Shown in pieces: positions 22,240 through 31,670 of a DNA stretch of 64,000 nucleotides. The stretch comes from a virus. Taxonomy: Duplodnaviria > Caudoviricetes. Location of the stretch: IMG/VR virus record IMGVR_UViG_3300027740_000003, positions 256,001 to 320,000 of that record. One strand, written 5' to 3'. Both the position numbers and the translations under genes were made by a program. How positions within the stretch are numbered: the stretch's first letter is position 1; each line of letters starts with the position of its first letter. The notes under the pieces were generated by a model. The model made no database searches. It saw nothing but the letters and a program-made list of their open reading frames with translations, and was not told the origin of the DNA.

Positions 22240-22629
22240 TTAGTTTTCATTATCTTTTACATAAACATCAATCCAGGCTCGCCAATAAAATCCACTAAAA
22301 TTAATTGGTAAAGCAATAGAGAATCTTGCACATCCTGTCCCAGAAACATATGAGCTTGATAATGATGCTGACGTATATCCTCCATCATCCCAAACAACTG
22401 TAGCTCCAGCAAATACAACTGTCGTATTTCTTTTATTAAAACAATCAAATGCTTTCATGGCAAAATACTCAGTGGGCTCCCGACTATGTGCAACAATATT
22501 TATTTCAAACATATATGTTGCGTCTACCTCAAGAAGAGTGCCAGATGTAAGAGGAATATCTATAGTATTACCACTTGCATCGCTTGGAATATATCCGTCC
22601 ATTGTAAAATGTACAACTTTATCACTCAT
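22240..22629 (-). CDS. Hypothetical virion protein (beta-rich)
   Basis: 129-aa ORF coupled to fibre gene; contains DGY. Confidence 0.55.
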   Translation of the reverse strand: MSDKVVHFTMDGYIPSDASGNTIDIPLTSGTLLEVDATYMFEINIVAHSREPTEYFAMKAFDCFNKRNTTVVFAGATVVWDDGGYTSASLSSSYVSGTGCARFSIALPINFSGFYWRAWIDVYVKDNEN

Positions 22630-24440
22630 TATAATACCTCATATCCATGGTAATGCACCATCCTTACACTTCCAGATTTATATACTGATATTAACATTCT
22701 AGGATCATCTTCGCCCAAATGGTTAAATTGAAAATATCCGCTATTTGCAAGGTTAGATTTTAACGAAATTGGACCAGACGTTCCAGTTGAAGCTCTATAT
22801 CCTGTTATTAAATACATTTGACCAAATGCTCCGGCAGCACTACCATCACCACAAGAAATGCTAATATTTCCAGCGTTTCCAGAAGCCCCAGCATTACCAG
22901 TATAAATATTAACACTTCCGGCATCGTCCCCAGTTGCATCACCAGTATACATTGAAATGCTTCCAGAATCTCCAGATTGTCCACTATATGTATAAATAGA
23001 AATATCTCCAGAACTATAAGTTCCACCAGCCAAAGATCTGATAATAATATTACCAGACCCTCCACTAGAGGTTCCTTCACCGCTTTCTATTGTAATATTT
23101 CCTCCAGGAGCTGAAGTACCAGAGCTTCCACCGGTACCACCAGTTAACGTAATGCTTCCACCACCAGCAGATCCCCCTGCTCCATATCCACCAGTTAATG
23201 TAATGCTTCCACCAGCAAAACTACCACCTCCATATCCTGCAACCACTACAATATCACCAGGTTTTGTCGTTCCTCCACTGTTCCCAGTGGTTATTTCAAT
23301 ATCCCCAACGTTAGATCCTCCACCATCTCCTGTGGCCAATCTAATGTCTCCTGAAGCGCCTACACTCCCACCATCACCAGTTGTAAAAATTATATGGCCA
23401 GAACCACCGTACAAAGATCCGTGAGTTGATAGTGTAATGTCCCCAGAAGAGACGCCTTCTTCTGTAGAAATTGTTATATCTCCGGATGCAGCTCCAGTGA
23501 TGCCTGTTGCCGCAGATCCAGATGTAATAGTTATTGGCCCTCCAGTGCCACCACCGCCGGCCCCACCAGACCCACCAACAATACTTACAAAACCACCATT
23601 GCCTGTCCCAGCACCACCACTACCGGCCCAAACAAATATATTTCCACCAGCATATGCTCCAGAACCAGTCCCAGGATTTAATGTGATCTCACCAGTAGCT
23701 CCTGACCCACCATTATTTCCAGTAGTAATACTTACAGCCCCTGTACTATCAGAAACCGATGTCCCCGTTCTAATTGATATATTCCCGCTTGAACCAACAT
23801 CAGCGTTGCCAGAATATAAAGAAATCGCACCAGTTAATAATAACCCGTCTCCTGTATATAAAGATAATGTTCCCGAACCAAAAACTGAAAGTCCTGAAGA
23901 TAAAGAAACATCCCCCGACGCAGAAGATCCTCCATCTCCAGATTTCACAACCAAATCACCAGAACCACTTCCTGCTAAAGACCCCCCGGTTCTAAATGAA
24001 TATGTTGCCCCTTGTCCCGCAGAATAATAATTAGAACCAATTGTTGCTGTTAAAGATCCTGCGTGATAAAATCTTACAGCCCTAGACGTAATAGCTTTTA
24101 AATCTATATGCTCATTAGAGCTAGTTATATACGATCCATCATTAAGATCTATAAATTCACCATTTGCCTGATTGTCAACAAGAAGAACATCTTCCAATCC
24201 TGGATTAAATAAATATCCATCAAGAATAGAATTAACACTCTCTAATGCTTCTTGAACATTAATGCCAGGAATATTGATTAATTCTGGATTCATGTTGATG
24301 TCGTCAGCACAATGATTAAATTGCTCTCCAGATGCATGTGCTAAGAAATCACGCTTATGTACAGCAATATATCCACCCTCAGGGGTTCTTGATGTTGCGC
24401 TTGAAAATGGTGTCCTTGGCGGTGTGCAACCTGATGCCAT
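22629..24440 (-). CDS. Glycine-rich repeat fibre protein
   Basis: About 26 G-x-[IV]-x-[IL]-x-[ST]-G repeats; N-terminal NVQEALE fibre motif; GAGG RBS. Confidence 0.7.
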   Translation of the reverse strand: MASGCTPPRTPFSSATSRTPEGGYIAVHKRDFLAHASGEQFNHCADDINMNPELINIPGINVQEALESVNSILDGYLFNPGLEDVLLVDNQANGEFIDLNDGSYITSSNEHIDLKAITSRAVRFYHAGSLTATIGSNYYSAGQGATYSFRTGGSLAGSGSGDLVVKSGDGGSSASGDVSLSSGLSVFGSGTLSLYTGDGLLLTGAISLYSGNADVGSSGNISIRTGTSVSDSTGAVSITTGNNGGSGATGEITLNPGTGSGAYAGGNIFVWAGSGGAGTGNGGFVSIVGGSGGAGGGGTGGPITITSGSAATGITGAASGDITISTEEGVSSGDITLSTHGSLYGGSGHIIFTTGDGGSVGASGDIRLATGDGGGSNVGDIEITTGNSGGTTKPGDIVVVAGYGGGSFAGGSITLTGGYGAGGSAGGGSITLTGGTGGSSGTSAPGGNITIESGEGTSSGGSGNIIIRSLAGGTYSSGDISIYTYSGQSGDSGSISMYTGDATGDDAGSVNIYTGNAGASGNAGNISISCGDGSAAGAFGQMYLITGYRASTGTSGPISLKSNLANSGYFQFNHLGEDDPRMLISVYKSGSVRMVHYHGYEVL

Positions 24441-24489
24441 AATTCATTACCTCTCTATGCAATATACAATAATAAGCCCAATTGCCTTT

Positions 24490-26130
24490 TTAAGGCATAA
24501 TGATGTTGTGAACGTGGCCACGACCCTCAATTCCAGACATTACAGCTGGCATAATTTGGCCGTTAATCACATCATGCAAATGAGACTCAGATATATTTGT
24601 TGTATTATTAATCTGAGATAATGCAACAGTATTATTGCTAACAACAAGCTCGTGCGTGTGCGGTATAACCGTTCCGTTTGGTCCCCTTAGCAAACCAACT
24701 GTTGTTGTCAATACAACGGGGAAATCTGCTGTGCTTCTTAATGCTCTCCATTGATATATTGGACTTGTCTTCCTTATTCTCTGAACTCGGAAATGCTGGT
24801 TTCCTGTCTGGCCATACAACAACACACCCCTAGTGACGTCAAGAATCTCATATCTAAATTCTTCTGTTCCATCAGGATTAAATCGGATCAATACGTCTCT
24901 GTCCTTTAATGCCGGATAACTTAATGTCCAACAATCAAAATTAGCTGTGCTCTCCAATCCTGCGTCTTCCATCTTTAGGTCTTCTGCTGTTGGTGTAAAC
25001 CTAACTAAAATCCTACTATCTCCTCTACGCGGGTTATAATATTGCTCATACCCCCCGACAAATCCTACCCCAATACAGCTCGGGCATCTTGCATCAGGAT
25101 ATTCTTGGTTCACAGACATACAACTGCAAGTAATTCCTTTCCACAACCTTCTCAGCAACACACACAAAGAACCTGTTCCGAGTTGTTCCAAAAGAAATTC
25201 TTGCAACCTATCTGCTTGATCAGAGAAAGATACATTTCGAAGCTGTTGGTTAACTCCATTATAACCATCGGCGCAAAAAATCTCACCGCCAAGATAACTG
25301 TCCAAACAATTCCCACCAAATAACAAAGAAGGATCTGTTCTGTGCCATCCTACTTGATCATATGCTGGGAAATCTGATCTATCATCGTCATTCAAAGACA
25401 AATCAGCCATTAACATGCTTGTTCTGTCGATAACCCTATAGCCATCGGATTCAACAAATACTCCATTTGGCGGGCCGTATACGTTTTGTTCCTGAATAAT
25501 AAATGCATTATCTTCTTCGTATCCTTTCCAGAATGTTATTACAGGATTTCTATAACCATATCCGTCATAACCATCAGTTAAATGAAGCCTAGCATTTGAA
25601 TTTAAAAAGCCTCTTTGCCCTATTAGGGTACCGTTGCCTAAATCTCTTGAAGTATATCTAATAAGCTCGTAGCCTACCTGTATGACCCCATAATTAGGAA
25701 ATATATCTACATCAGTTATTGGAATAACCGTCTGAGTATCATCAATATCTTCTGATAATAATGTTTCTGGGTACACATACAAATTTGTATCAATTTGTGC
25801 CGGGTCTCTAGGAAGAGTGGTAATATCATACCAGGCCGGATCATATTCAGTTGCCCTAACAACAAAGTAATATGTGTCTCCAGGTTTAAAATCTACAATT
25901 TCTGCTAATAAACCACTTGTGTTAGTAGAGACAAATTTAGGACCTTCAGAAATTTCATGGTCTTGTATTGATGAGTAATAAATATTATATGCAAGAGAAT
26001 AGTCAGAAGGACTAGCAAAGGCCCGCCTAAAATGAACAACCATCTTGTAGCCGTCTGAATTTGAAGCCACAAGTTTTATTCCTGCACTTGTCCAAGGAAT
26101 ATAAAATGGTTTTGGTTGTTCACATGCCAT
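24490..26130 (-). CDS. Putative neck/head-completion protein with Ig/FN3-like N-terminus, Cys4 motif and His-rich C-terminus
   Basis: Start reassigned to ATG 26130 (AGGAGAG RBS). CSC...CPSCIGVGFVGGY zinc-finger-like motif; HTHE/HLHD/HVHN at C-terminus. Confidence 0.5.
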   Translation of the reverse strand: MACEQPKPFYIPWTSAGIKLVASNSDGYKMVVHFRRAFASPSDYSLAYNIYYSSIQDHEISEGPKFVSTNTSGLLAEIVDFKPGDTYYFVVRATEYDPAWYDITTLPRDPAQIDTNLYVYPETLLSEDIDDTQTVIPITDVDIFPNYGVIQVGYELIRYTSRDLGNGTLIGQRGFLNSNARLHLTDGYDGYGYRNPVITFWKGYEEDNAFIIQEQNVYGPPNGVFVESDGYRVIDRTSMLMADLSLNDDDRSDFPAYDQVGWHRTDPSLLFGGNCLDSYLGGEIFCADGYNGVNQQLRNVSFSDQADRLQEFLLEQLGTGSLCVLLRRLWKGITCSCMSVNQEYPDARCPSCIGVGFVGGYEQYYNPRRGDSRILVRFTPTAEDLKMEDAGLESTANFDCWTLSYPALKDRDVLIRFNPDGTEEFRYEILDVTRGVLLYGQTGNQHFRVQRIRKTSPIYQWRALRSTADFPVVLTTTVGLLRGPNGTVIPHTHELVVSNNTVALSQINNTTNISESHLHDVINGQIMPAVMSGIEGRGHVHNIIMP

Positions 26131-27349
26131 TAACTCTCCTTCTGTTAACACTTGTTACAATTCCAACCGCCGCTTTAACAGAAATTCCGAATTTTTTTGC
26201 CACCACTGAATAATCTTTCAAATCATTATATGCAAATCTTACATCCTCTAAAGAATATCCGTTAACTAAAGTATAAAATTCAGATTGTATTTTATATTTT
26301 CTAAGCCAAATATCTAAAGTTATTTCACTACAATTTAAAAATTTTACTATTATAGATTTAGATTTATATTCTTTAGCAAGATATAATATTTGATTTTTTT
26401 TAATTTCTATATTTTTTTCGGCATTTATTTTTTTTTCAAATTTTATATTTTCTCTATTTTTTTCAAATTCTTTATATTTTTCTGCAATTTCTTTTTTTCT
26501 ATTTAAAAATACCGTAGCATTAGCATATAAATAATTATATAAATTGTGAATCGACAACGTATCACTATAAACCAAATTATCAAATGCTAATTTTATTTTT
26601 CCATATCTTTTTTCTATGTTTCTTTTTTTCTTTAATCCTATGTTATTTTTTTTCATTATATTATTAAATGAATTTAAAAAATAAACATTCCCATAAATAC
26701 TAAATACAACAATTTTGTTATTTATGGAAAAACAACCATCACCACCTATATATCCTCTTATAAAATGTCTAACTAATTCGTGATTTTTTAACCATTCTGG
26801 AATATCATAGATATAAGTTTTAGCAGAAATAATTCCAAATCTTTCTAATGATTTACAAATATCTATGGAATTAATCATTAATGAGCACATATTTGAAGAA
26901 TTGCAATTTTTTTTAGTATTTTTTATTTTGTGTCCTTTTTTACATATTTTTCTTATTGGATGTTGTGATTTTATATCTTTTTTAAATTTATTTAAATGAT
27001 TTGCATCCTTTTCTGCCAACTCAATTCCTAAACGATGAGGTATCATTTTTGGTCCTATAACCCAACCATCAGCAGCTATAAACCCAGCCCAATAAAATGA
27101 TTCTTCTGTATCTCTATTAAAAAAATCAAAATCTACATTATAAATTCTTTTTTTAGAATAACAACATTTAGGGCACCAACTTCCACCAAGAATTTCTAAT
27201 GGTTTTGCTTTCCATTTATGTTCTTTATTACATTTAAAAAAGATTTTATCTTTGCCAGTTATATATTTTTCTAATACCTCTCCGCCTTTGCTATTAACAA
27301 TAGCTATTAATCTTTTTTCACATTCTTGTCTACGTTCTTCATTTGTCAT
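26120..27349 (-). mobile_element. Free-standing LAGLIDADG homing endonuclease gene
   Basis: Two motifs (YWAGFIAADG, FIRGYIGGDG), N-terminal C-x3-H...WCPKC zinc-ribbon, Lys-rich, markedly lower GC than flanks. Confidence 0.85.
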
Positions 27350-27401
27350 ATTCGCCTGCTTGTTAGATTAATATCTAACAATTGTTCTTACAGATCTCGA
27401 T

Positions 27402-27920
27402 TTATTTGCCATTCTTAACCCTATTCATTCTCATTTTTGCGATATTCAATAATACTTCGGCTTTCTCTTCCCTTTCCTTACCTTTTATCTTATGTTTGTC
27501 AAGCACTCTTTTTACATATTGTTCTGCTTTATCTTGGCTATATTCATTTGCTATATATTCTGTCTGATTTTGAAATGCTTCTTGCTCATATTCGTTGTCT
27601 AAATAATTATCACCATCATTAGAGCCTTTTGTTGGCTTATCTCCTGTAGTTTGTTGAATAACATGAGATAGTTCATGAATTAGATAATGATCATTATCTA
27701 TATTAGGTTCTTTTTTATTTTCCAATACATTATATGATAAATAAATTATTCCATGATCTGTTCTTGCGGAGACATCAAGGTCGGCAAAAGCAATTGGAAC
27801 CAGATCTAATTCAGATGGGTCTAGGCCATATTCTTCATACATATTTCGAAGAACCTCATGACCTCTTATTTTATCCTTAAGATCATTAATATATTGCAAT
27901 AATTCTTGTCTTGATGTCAT
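27402..27920 (-). CDS. Putative zincin metalloprotease (HExxH; DUF4157-like motif)
   Basis: YLIHELSHVIQQ followed by YLDNEYEQEAF (third-ligand Glu pattern). Confidence 0.6.
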   Translation of the reverse strand: MTSRQELLQYINDLKDKIRGHEVLRNMYEEYGLDPSELDLVPIAFADLDVSARTDHGIIYLSYNVLENKKEPNIDNDHYLIHELSHVIQQTTGDKPTKGSNDGDNYLDNEYEQEAFQNQTEYIANEYSQDKAEQYVKRVLDKHKIKGKEREEKAEVLLNIAKMRMNRVKNGK

Positions 27921-27937
27921 ATCAATAATATGCAGAA

Positions 27938-28189
27938 TTATTCCACCTTAGGACAGGCTGAGGGAGATATCTTAAAAGCGCTAATAGTTAAACCACATTT
28001 TTTACAATGGGTTGCCATAAGCATTCCGGAGGCGCCGAAATTATTTGTGGATAACTGGGAAGCCCAATCGTGGGTTTTCTTCAATTGACCAATTTCAACA
28101 AGTTTTTTTCCTTGGGCCATTTTTCTATTCTGTGTATTTGATGCATATTCTTTCTTCCATGCATCAATTTGTTCTTTCGTCCATCCCAT
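27938..28189 (-). CDS. Small hypothetical protein with C-terminal CxxC...C
   Basis: Start likely MGWTKEQ at 28189 (GAGGA RBS); HCKKCG...SACP. Confidence 0.5.
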   Translation of the reverse strand: MGWTKEQIDAWKKEYASNTQNRKMAQGKKLVEIGQLKKTHDWASQLSTNNFGASGMLMATHCKKCGLTISAFKISPSACPKVE

Positions 28190-28190
28190 T

Positions 28191-28523
28191 TTATTTATCC
28201 TCTCTTTCGTATATTGCTGCCGGGCTCCAAAAAGCATCACTGGGAATTTTCCTTTTCTTTGGTTTTTTTGAAATTAATTGGAACTTCTCATGGTTTCCAC
28301 GAAGGTGCATATCATCTACAATTTCATCATCTTTTTTTAAATAATATTTGTTCCTAGAAAAACCATCTCCAATTGAATAACCAAACTTATTTAATATTCT
28401 TTCAAATGCATCAAATCCTTTAACCTTAGATAAAAGACGATTGATCTCCAAAATCTTTGTTTCGGAAAATAATAAAGAGGATAGTTTAAGAAGAATATTA
28501 TACATAACAGATAATTTTGTCAT
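28191..28523 (-). CDS. Hypothetical protein
   Basis: 110-aa ORF tightly packed between neighbours. Confidence 0.5.
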   Translation of the reverse strand: MTKLSVMYNILLKLSSLLFSETKILEINRLLSKVKGFDAFERILNKFGYSIGDGFSRNKYYLKKDDEIVDDMHLRGNHEKFQLISKKPKKRKIPSDAFWSPAAIYEREDK

Positions 28524-28526
28524 ATT

Positions 28527-29426
28527 TTACCAGATTTGACGCTGTCTTAAAAATCTTAAACGCCTTACTTGAGGGGATCCAGACATTCCAGAAATTCCAC
28601 AAAGGCCTAAAGGCGCACTTTTCATGTTGCTCTTAATCAACTGGCACTGATCCTTCCACATAGTATATTCATTTGAATACTGAGTCATCAACACATCCGA
28701 TACGGCAGGTGCTTGGAAACTTACCCCATTATCATTGATCTGAAATTCTCTTCCCCTCTCAATTAAAGCCTTGCTTGCCAAAGCCCATATTAAAGCAAAT
28801 CTTACAATTATTTCCCCGAATATTCTAAAGAATTCTGTATCCTCAAATGTATAATCAGTAAAATGAGGAATCATATTAAAAGCATCTAGTCCAGAAATAA
28901 GAAATATAACCAACTGAGGAATGGTATAAATATCACAATCGACCATCTGTTGGTTGCCATACTGATCTCTTATCAATGCTTTGCCAGCAGAGTTCAATCT
29001 TGCCTTTAACATTGCTAATAGTTTATTTATATTTTTTATTGCGTTTTGTGAAAAATCGAAACCCGGTTCCTCACCAAGTCCGACATAGCCATCAGAATTA
29101 ATAATAGGAGCCTGTGTAGCATGAACCACAAAGTTATGTGTATTATAAAGAGTATTGGATCCATATACGCCTCTCCAATAATCTGTCCATACACCAAGAG
29201 AAGGAGTTGCCCCTACAGAATAATCATATCCATAATAACCGACTTGTAGTCGATAAACACCTGTGCTAGAGAAGTCAGAAAGCACATTCCCGCTAGGTTC
29301 CTGGATTGAAATCTGTGGAAAATAATCTAGATCAACAGGCTCACCAGTAGTAGGAGAACGGAAGTAAGTTCTTAATTGTATAATATCGCCTAATGTAGCG
29401 ATTTGTCCTCTAGAAACTATTGCCAT
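28527..29426 (-). CDS. Putative head-tail adaptor (neck) protein
   Basis: Ig-like N-terminus; helical C-terminal domain with FQINDNGVSFQAPAVSDVL...W...IK pattern of head-tail connectors. Confidence 0.55.
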   Translation of the reverse strand: MAIVSRGQIATLGDIIQLRTYFRSPTTGEPVDLDYFPQISIQEPSGNVLSDFSSTGVYRLQVGYYGYDYSVGATPSLGVWTDYWRGVYGSNTLYNTHNFVVHATQAPIINSDGYVGLGEEPGFDFSQNAIKNINKLLAMLKARLNSAGKALIRDQYGNQQMVDCDIYTIPQLVIFLISGLDAFNMIPHFTDYTFEDTEFFRIFGEIIVRFALIWALASKALIERGREFQINDNGVSFQAPAVSDVLMTQYSNEYTMWKDQCQLIKSNMKSAPLGLCGISGMSGSPQVRRLRFLRQRQIW

Positions 29427-29440
29427 AATTTAATGGCAAA

Positions 29441-29785
29441 TTATTGCTCCTGGTCTTCATTCTCCATAATAACATCAGAAATATCTTCTGCTATTTGTTC
29501 ATCAGACTCAATTAGTTCCTCAAACTTCTCTTCTCTAATCTCTACTTTGGAATAAAGAGGTTTTCTGGCCCACTCTAAAGGATCTTTAGATATTTCAATG
29601 GTTTTCTGTAAATGAGGAGGAAGAACTTTTCTAACTTTAATTTTATCACGTTTTGCAAATATAGAACCTGATTCAGCAGATTTTTCTAATTGTTCCAAAG
29701 TATATTTATAATGTTGAGAATCCAAAAGATTAGCGTGAGATTTCGCTTTAACAGTTAATGCCAAATCTCTTAGACAAACATTCAT
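29441..29785 (-). CDS. Hypothetical protein (start uncertain)
   Basis: The listed 181-aa ORF overlaps the csp gene; ATG at 29785 gives a non-overlapping 114-aa protein. Confidence 0.45.
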   Translation of the reverse strand: MNVCLRDLALTVKAKSHANLLDSQHYKYTLEQLEKSAESGSIFAKRDKIKVRKVLPPHLQKTIEISKDPLEWARKPLYSKVEIREEKFEELIESDEQIAEDISDVIMENEDQEQ

Positions 29786-29822
29786 TTTAGAAATATTTGT
29801 TATCCAGAAATCTTTTTTATCA

Positions 29823-30038
29823 TCATTCAATAATTGAAACCTCAATTGCTTTTGGTTGTCCTCTGTTATTTTCACCAACCTGAAAATTAACTCGTTGGCC
29901 TTTTTTAACAGTTTTGAAACCTTCCATAGAAATATCTGAGAAATGTAGGAATAAATCTTCCCCACCTTCCCAATCAATAAAACCATATCCTGCTTTAGGA
30001 TTAAACCAAATTACTGTTCCTTGATATTCTTTCATCAA
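29823..30038 (-). CDS. cspA: Cold-shock domain protein (CspA family)
   Basis: GTVIWFNPKAGYGFI (RNP1), DLFLHFSDI (RNP2), GFKTVKKGQRVNF; GGAGG RBS. Symbol is family-level. Confidence 0.95.
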   Translation of the reverse strand: MMKEYQGTVIWFNPKAGYGFIDWEGGEDLFLHFSDISMEGFKTVKKGQRVNFQVGENNRGQPKAIEVSIIE

Positions 30039-30062
30039 ACTTCCTCCAACAAGGATATGATA

Positions 30063-30365
30063 TTATTGCCCATTTGGCGGAATTACTTCTACACCGTCTA
30101 CAGATAGTCCGCCTTGAACATTTAATAATCTATGTAATTCAGCAACGGCTAAAACAGTAATTTGTTTTCTTTCAATTAAATTAGAACAATTATATAGTAA
30201 TTTATCTGTTCTATCTAAAATTGCCAGCGCCTCACCTTTACACCCTTGTTTTTCTGCAAGGTCTAGCATATTTTTTCGGCTTTGCGCTTCATTTACAATA
30301 TGCTTTTCATTTTGTTTAATGAGTCTTTTATTTGTCTCCATCTGTCTTGCTATCTTTTCGTTCAT
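30063..30365 (-). CDS. Hypothetical protein
   Basis: 100-aa ORF in operon with HNH and csp. Confidence 0.6.
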   Translation of the reverse strand: MNEKIARQMETNKRLIKQNEKHIVNEAQSRKNMLDLAEKQGCKGEALAILDRTDKLLYNCSNLIERKQITVLAVAELHRLLNVQGGLSVDGVEVIPPNGQ

Positions 30366-30705
30366 GGATCCTCATCTCTTTCTTTTGTGGTTGTAAATAT
30401 GGAACATCAATATCGATATTCTTTTTTCCATATAATTCATATACCAAAGTAAACCCTGTTGGGTCCGTGCTAGGAAAAACGCCCAATATTTTTAAAGATC
30501 CTGAATGTAATTTGCTATGACAATTTGAACATAACACGGCAATATTCATATCATCATTGGTACAATTTAAATCTGTCCTTGGAATAATATGGTGTTTTTC
30601 AAGAATTTTAACATCCTTTTCTCCACAAACTTCACATTTAATCTTTGGTCTTGACATAAATTTGCCGAATCGGGCCATAATTGCCCGATTCATTGCCCGA
30701 TTCAT
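30328..30705 (-). CDS. HNH endonuclease (start may be ATG 30657)
   Basis: CEVCG...LEKHHIIPR...NIAVLCSNCHSKLH. Confidence 0.85.
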   Translation of the reverse strand: MNRAMNRAIMARFGKFMSRPKIKCEVCGEKDVKILEKHHIIPRTDLNCTNDDMNIAVLCSNCHSKLHSGSLKILGVFPSTDPTGFTLVYELYGKKNIDIDVPYLQPQKKEMRIHERKDSKTDGDK

Positions 30706-30715
30706 GGCCTGATTA
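30667..30715. repeat. Three 12-bp direct repeats plus one inverted copy
   Basis: ATTGCCCGATTC at 30680 and 30692, ATGGCCTGATTA at 30704; inverted GAATCGGGC at 30667. Confidence 0.8.
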
Positions 30716-30720
30716 TTATT

Positions 30721-31668
30721 TTATACAAACCTGGTATATTCTATATGTTTATGTTCTGGAACAAACCTTCTTCTACTTCTAAAGCCTATTCTTTTTTGCT
30801 CGACATCTTCTCTACGAATTCTTCCTTTATCTGTTTCCATTCTTGGTGTTTGTCCTAGACTAATAAAATTCTTTTTATCACCTGGAAAAGCAGAATGTGT
30901 TTCTATTTCTTCTTGATTTCTAATTTTAGAACGTAAACTTGTCCACCATTCATATTTTACTTGAACAATCTCTGAAAACTTTGGTCTATTCAATCCAGAT
31001 GTTTTTGTAATAACTTGTTCTGTATAATCACCCGCTCCAACAGCAGGGCCCGGTTTGGAACAATCATCAGAAATAGTATTACTACAATATGTATCACTAA
31101 GTGAAAAACTATTCGAATCAAATGATTTTCTTTCTGACATTTTTTGATGATCAGATTTACAAATAACAGTTGTTTTTTTAAAATTATAACAATCTGGTTC
31201 ATAATGATAGTAATCTATTGGATTAATAACAATTGGATTAACAATAATTGGATTTCTAAATTTTATAAAATCAATTTGCTCTTCTTCAAATACAGCAACG
31301 GCGATTAATCCTTTTGCAGATAAATCGCCATGAGTATTTGCGGCCACTGAATTTTTTGTTTTTCCAAATAATAACTCGGCCCCTCCTTCATTTGTTTCCG
31401 GCCAAGCTTTAAGCTCCATTGAACAATATGCATTTACTACCCACATTCCATCAGCTATAGGTTCTGTATGTGCCAAATTTCCCGTTAATACGTCTGTCCC
31501 ATCTACCGATATTCTTACCTGAACTTTATTATATGTATTATTTTTAAACTTTATTATAAATGGTTCATTTTCATATACTCCAATTACTTTCTCTCCATCT
31601 ATATCGTACTTTTTAAATTGTCTATTATCTTCTTTATTAATAATTTCTAAACTATATTTGCTACTCAT
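30721..31668 (-). CDS. Conserved hypothetical protein
   Basis: FIIKFKNNT...VRISVDGTDVLTG...SVAA...KGLIAVAVFEE matches a recurring uncharacterised family as I recall it; no search run. Confidence 0.6.
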   Translation of the reverse strand: MSSKYSLEIINKEDNRQFKKYDIDGEKVIGVYENEPFIIKFKNNTYNKVQVRISVDGTDVLTGNLAHTEPIADGMWVVNAYCSMELKAWPETNEGGAELLFGKTKNSVAANTHGDLSAKGLIAVAVFEEEQIDFIKFRNPIIVNPIVINPIDYYHYEPDCYNFKKTTVICKSDHQKMSERKSFDSNSFSLSDTYCSNTISDDCSKPGPAVGAGDYTEQVITKTSGLNRPKFSEIVQVKYEWWTSLRSKIRNQEEIETHSAFPGDKKNFISLGQTPRMETDKGRIRREDVEQKRIGFRSRRRFVPEHKHIEYTRFV

Positions 31669-31670
31669 CT

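Noticed and set aside
26120-27349. LAGLIDADG as intein or group I intron ORF
   Set aside because: No host gene is visibly split, both flanking genes have their own start and stop, and no intein terminal residues are present.
29786-29986. N-terminal extension of the 181-aa ORF
   Set aside because: Overlaps the clearly real cold-shock gene in another frame; a later ATG is more plausible.
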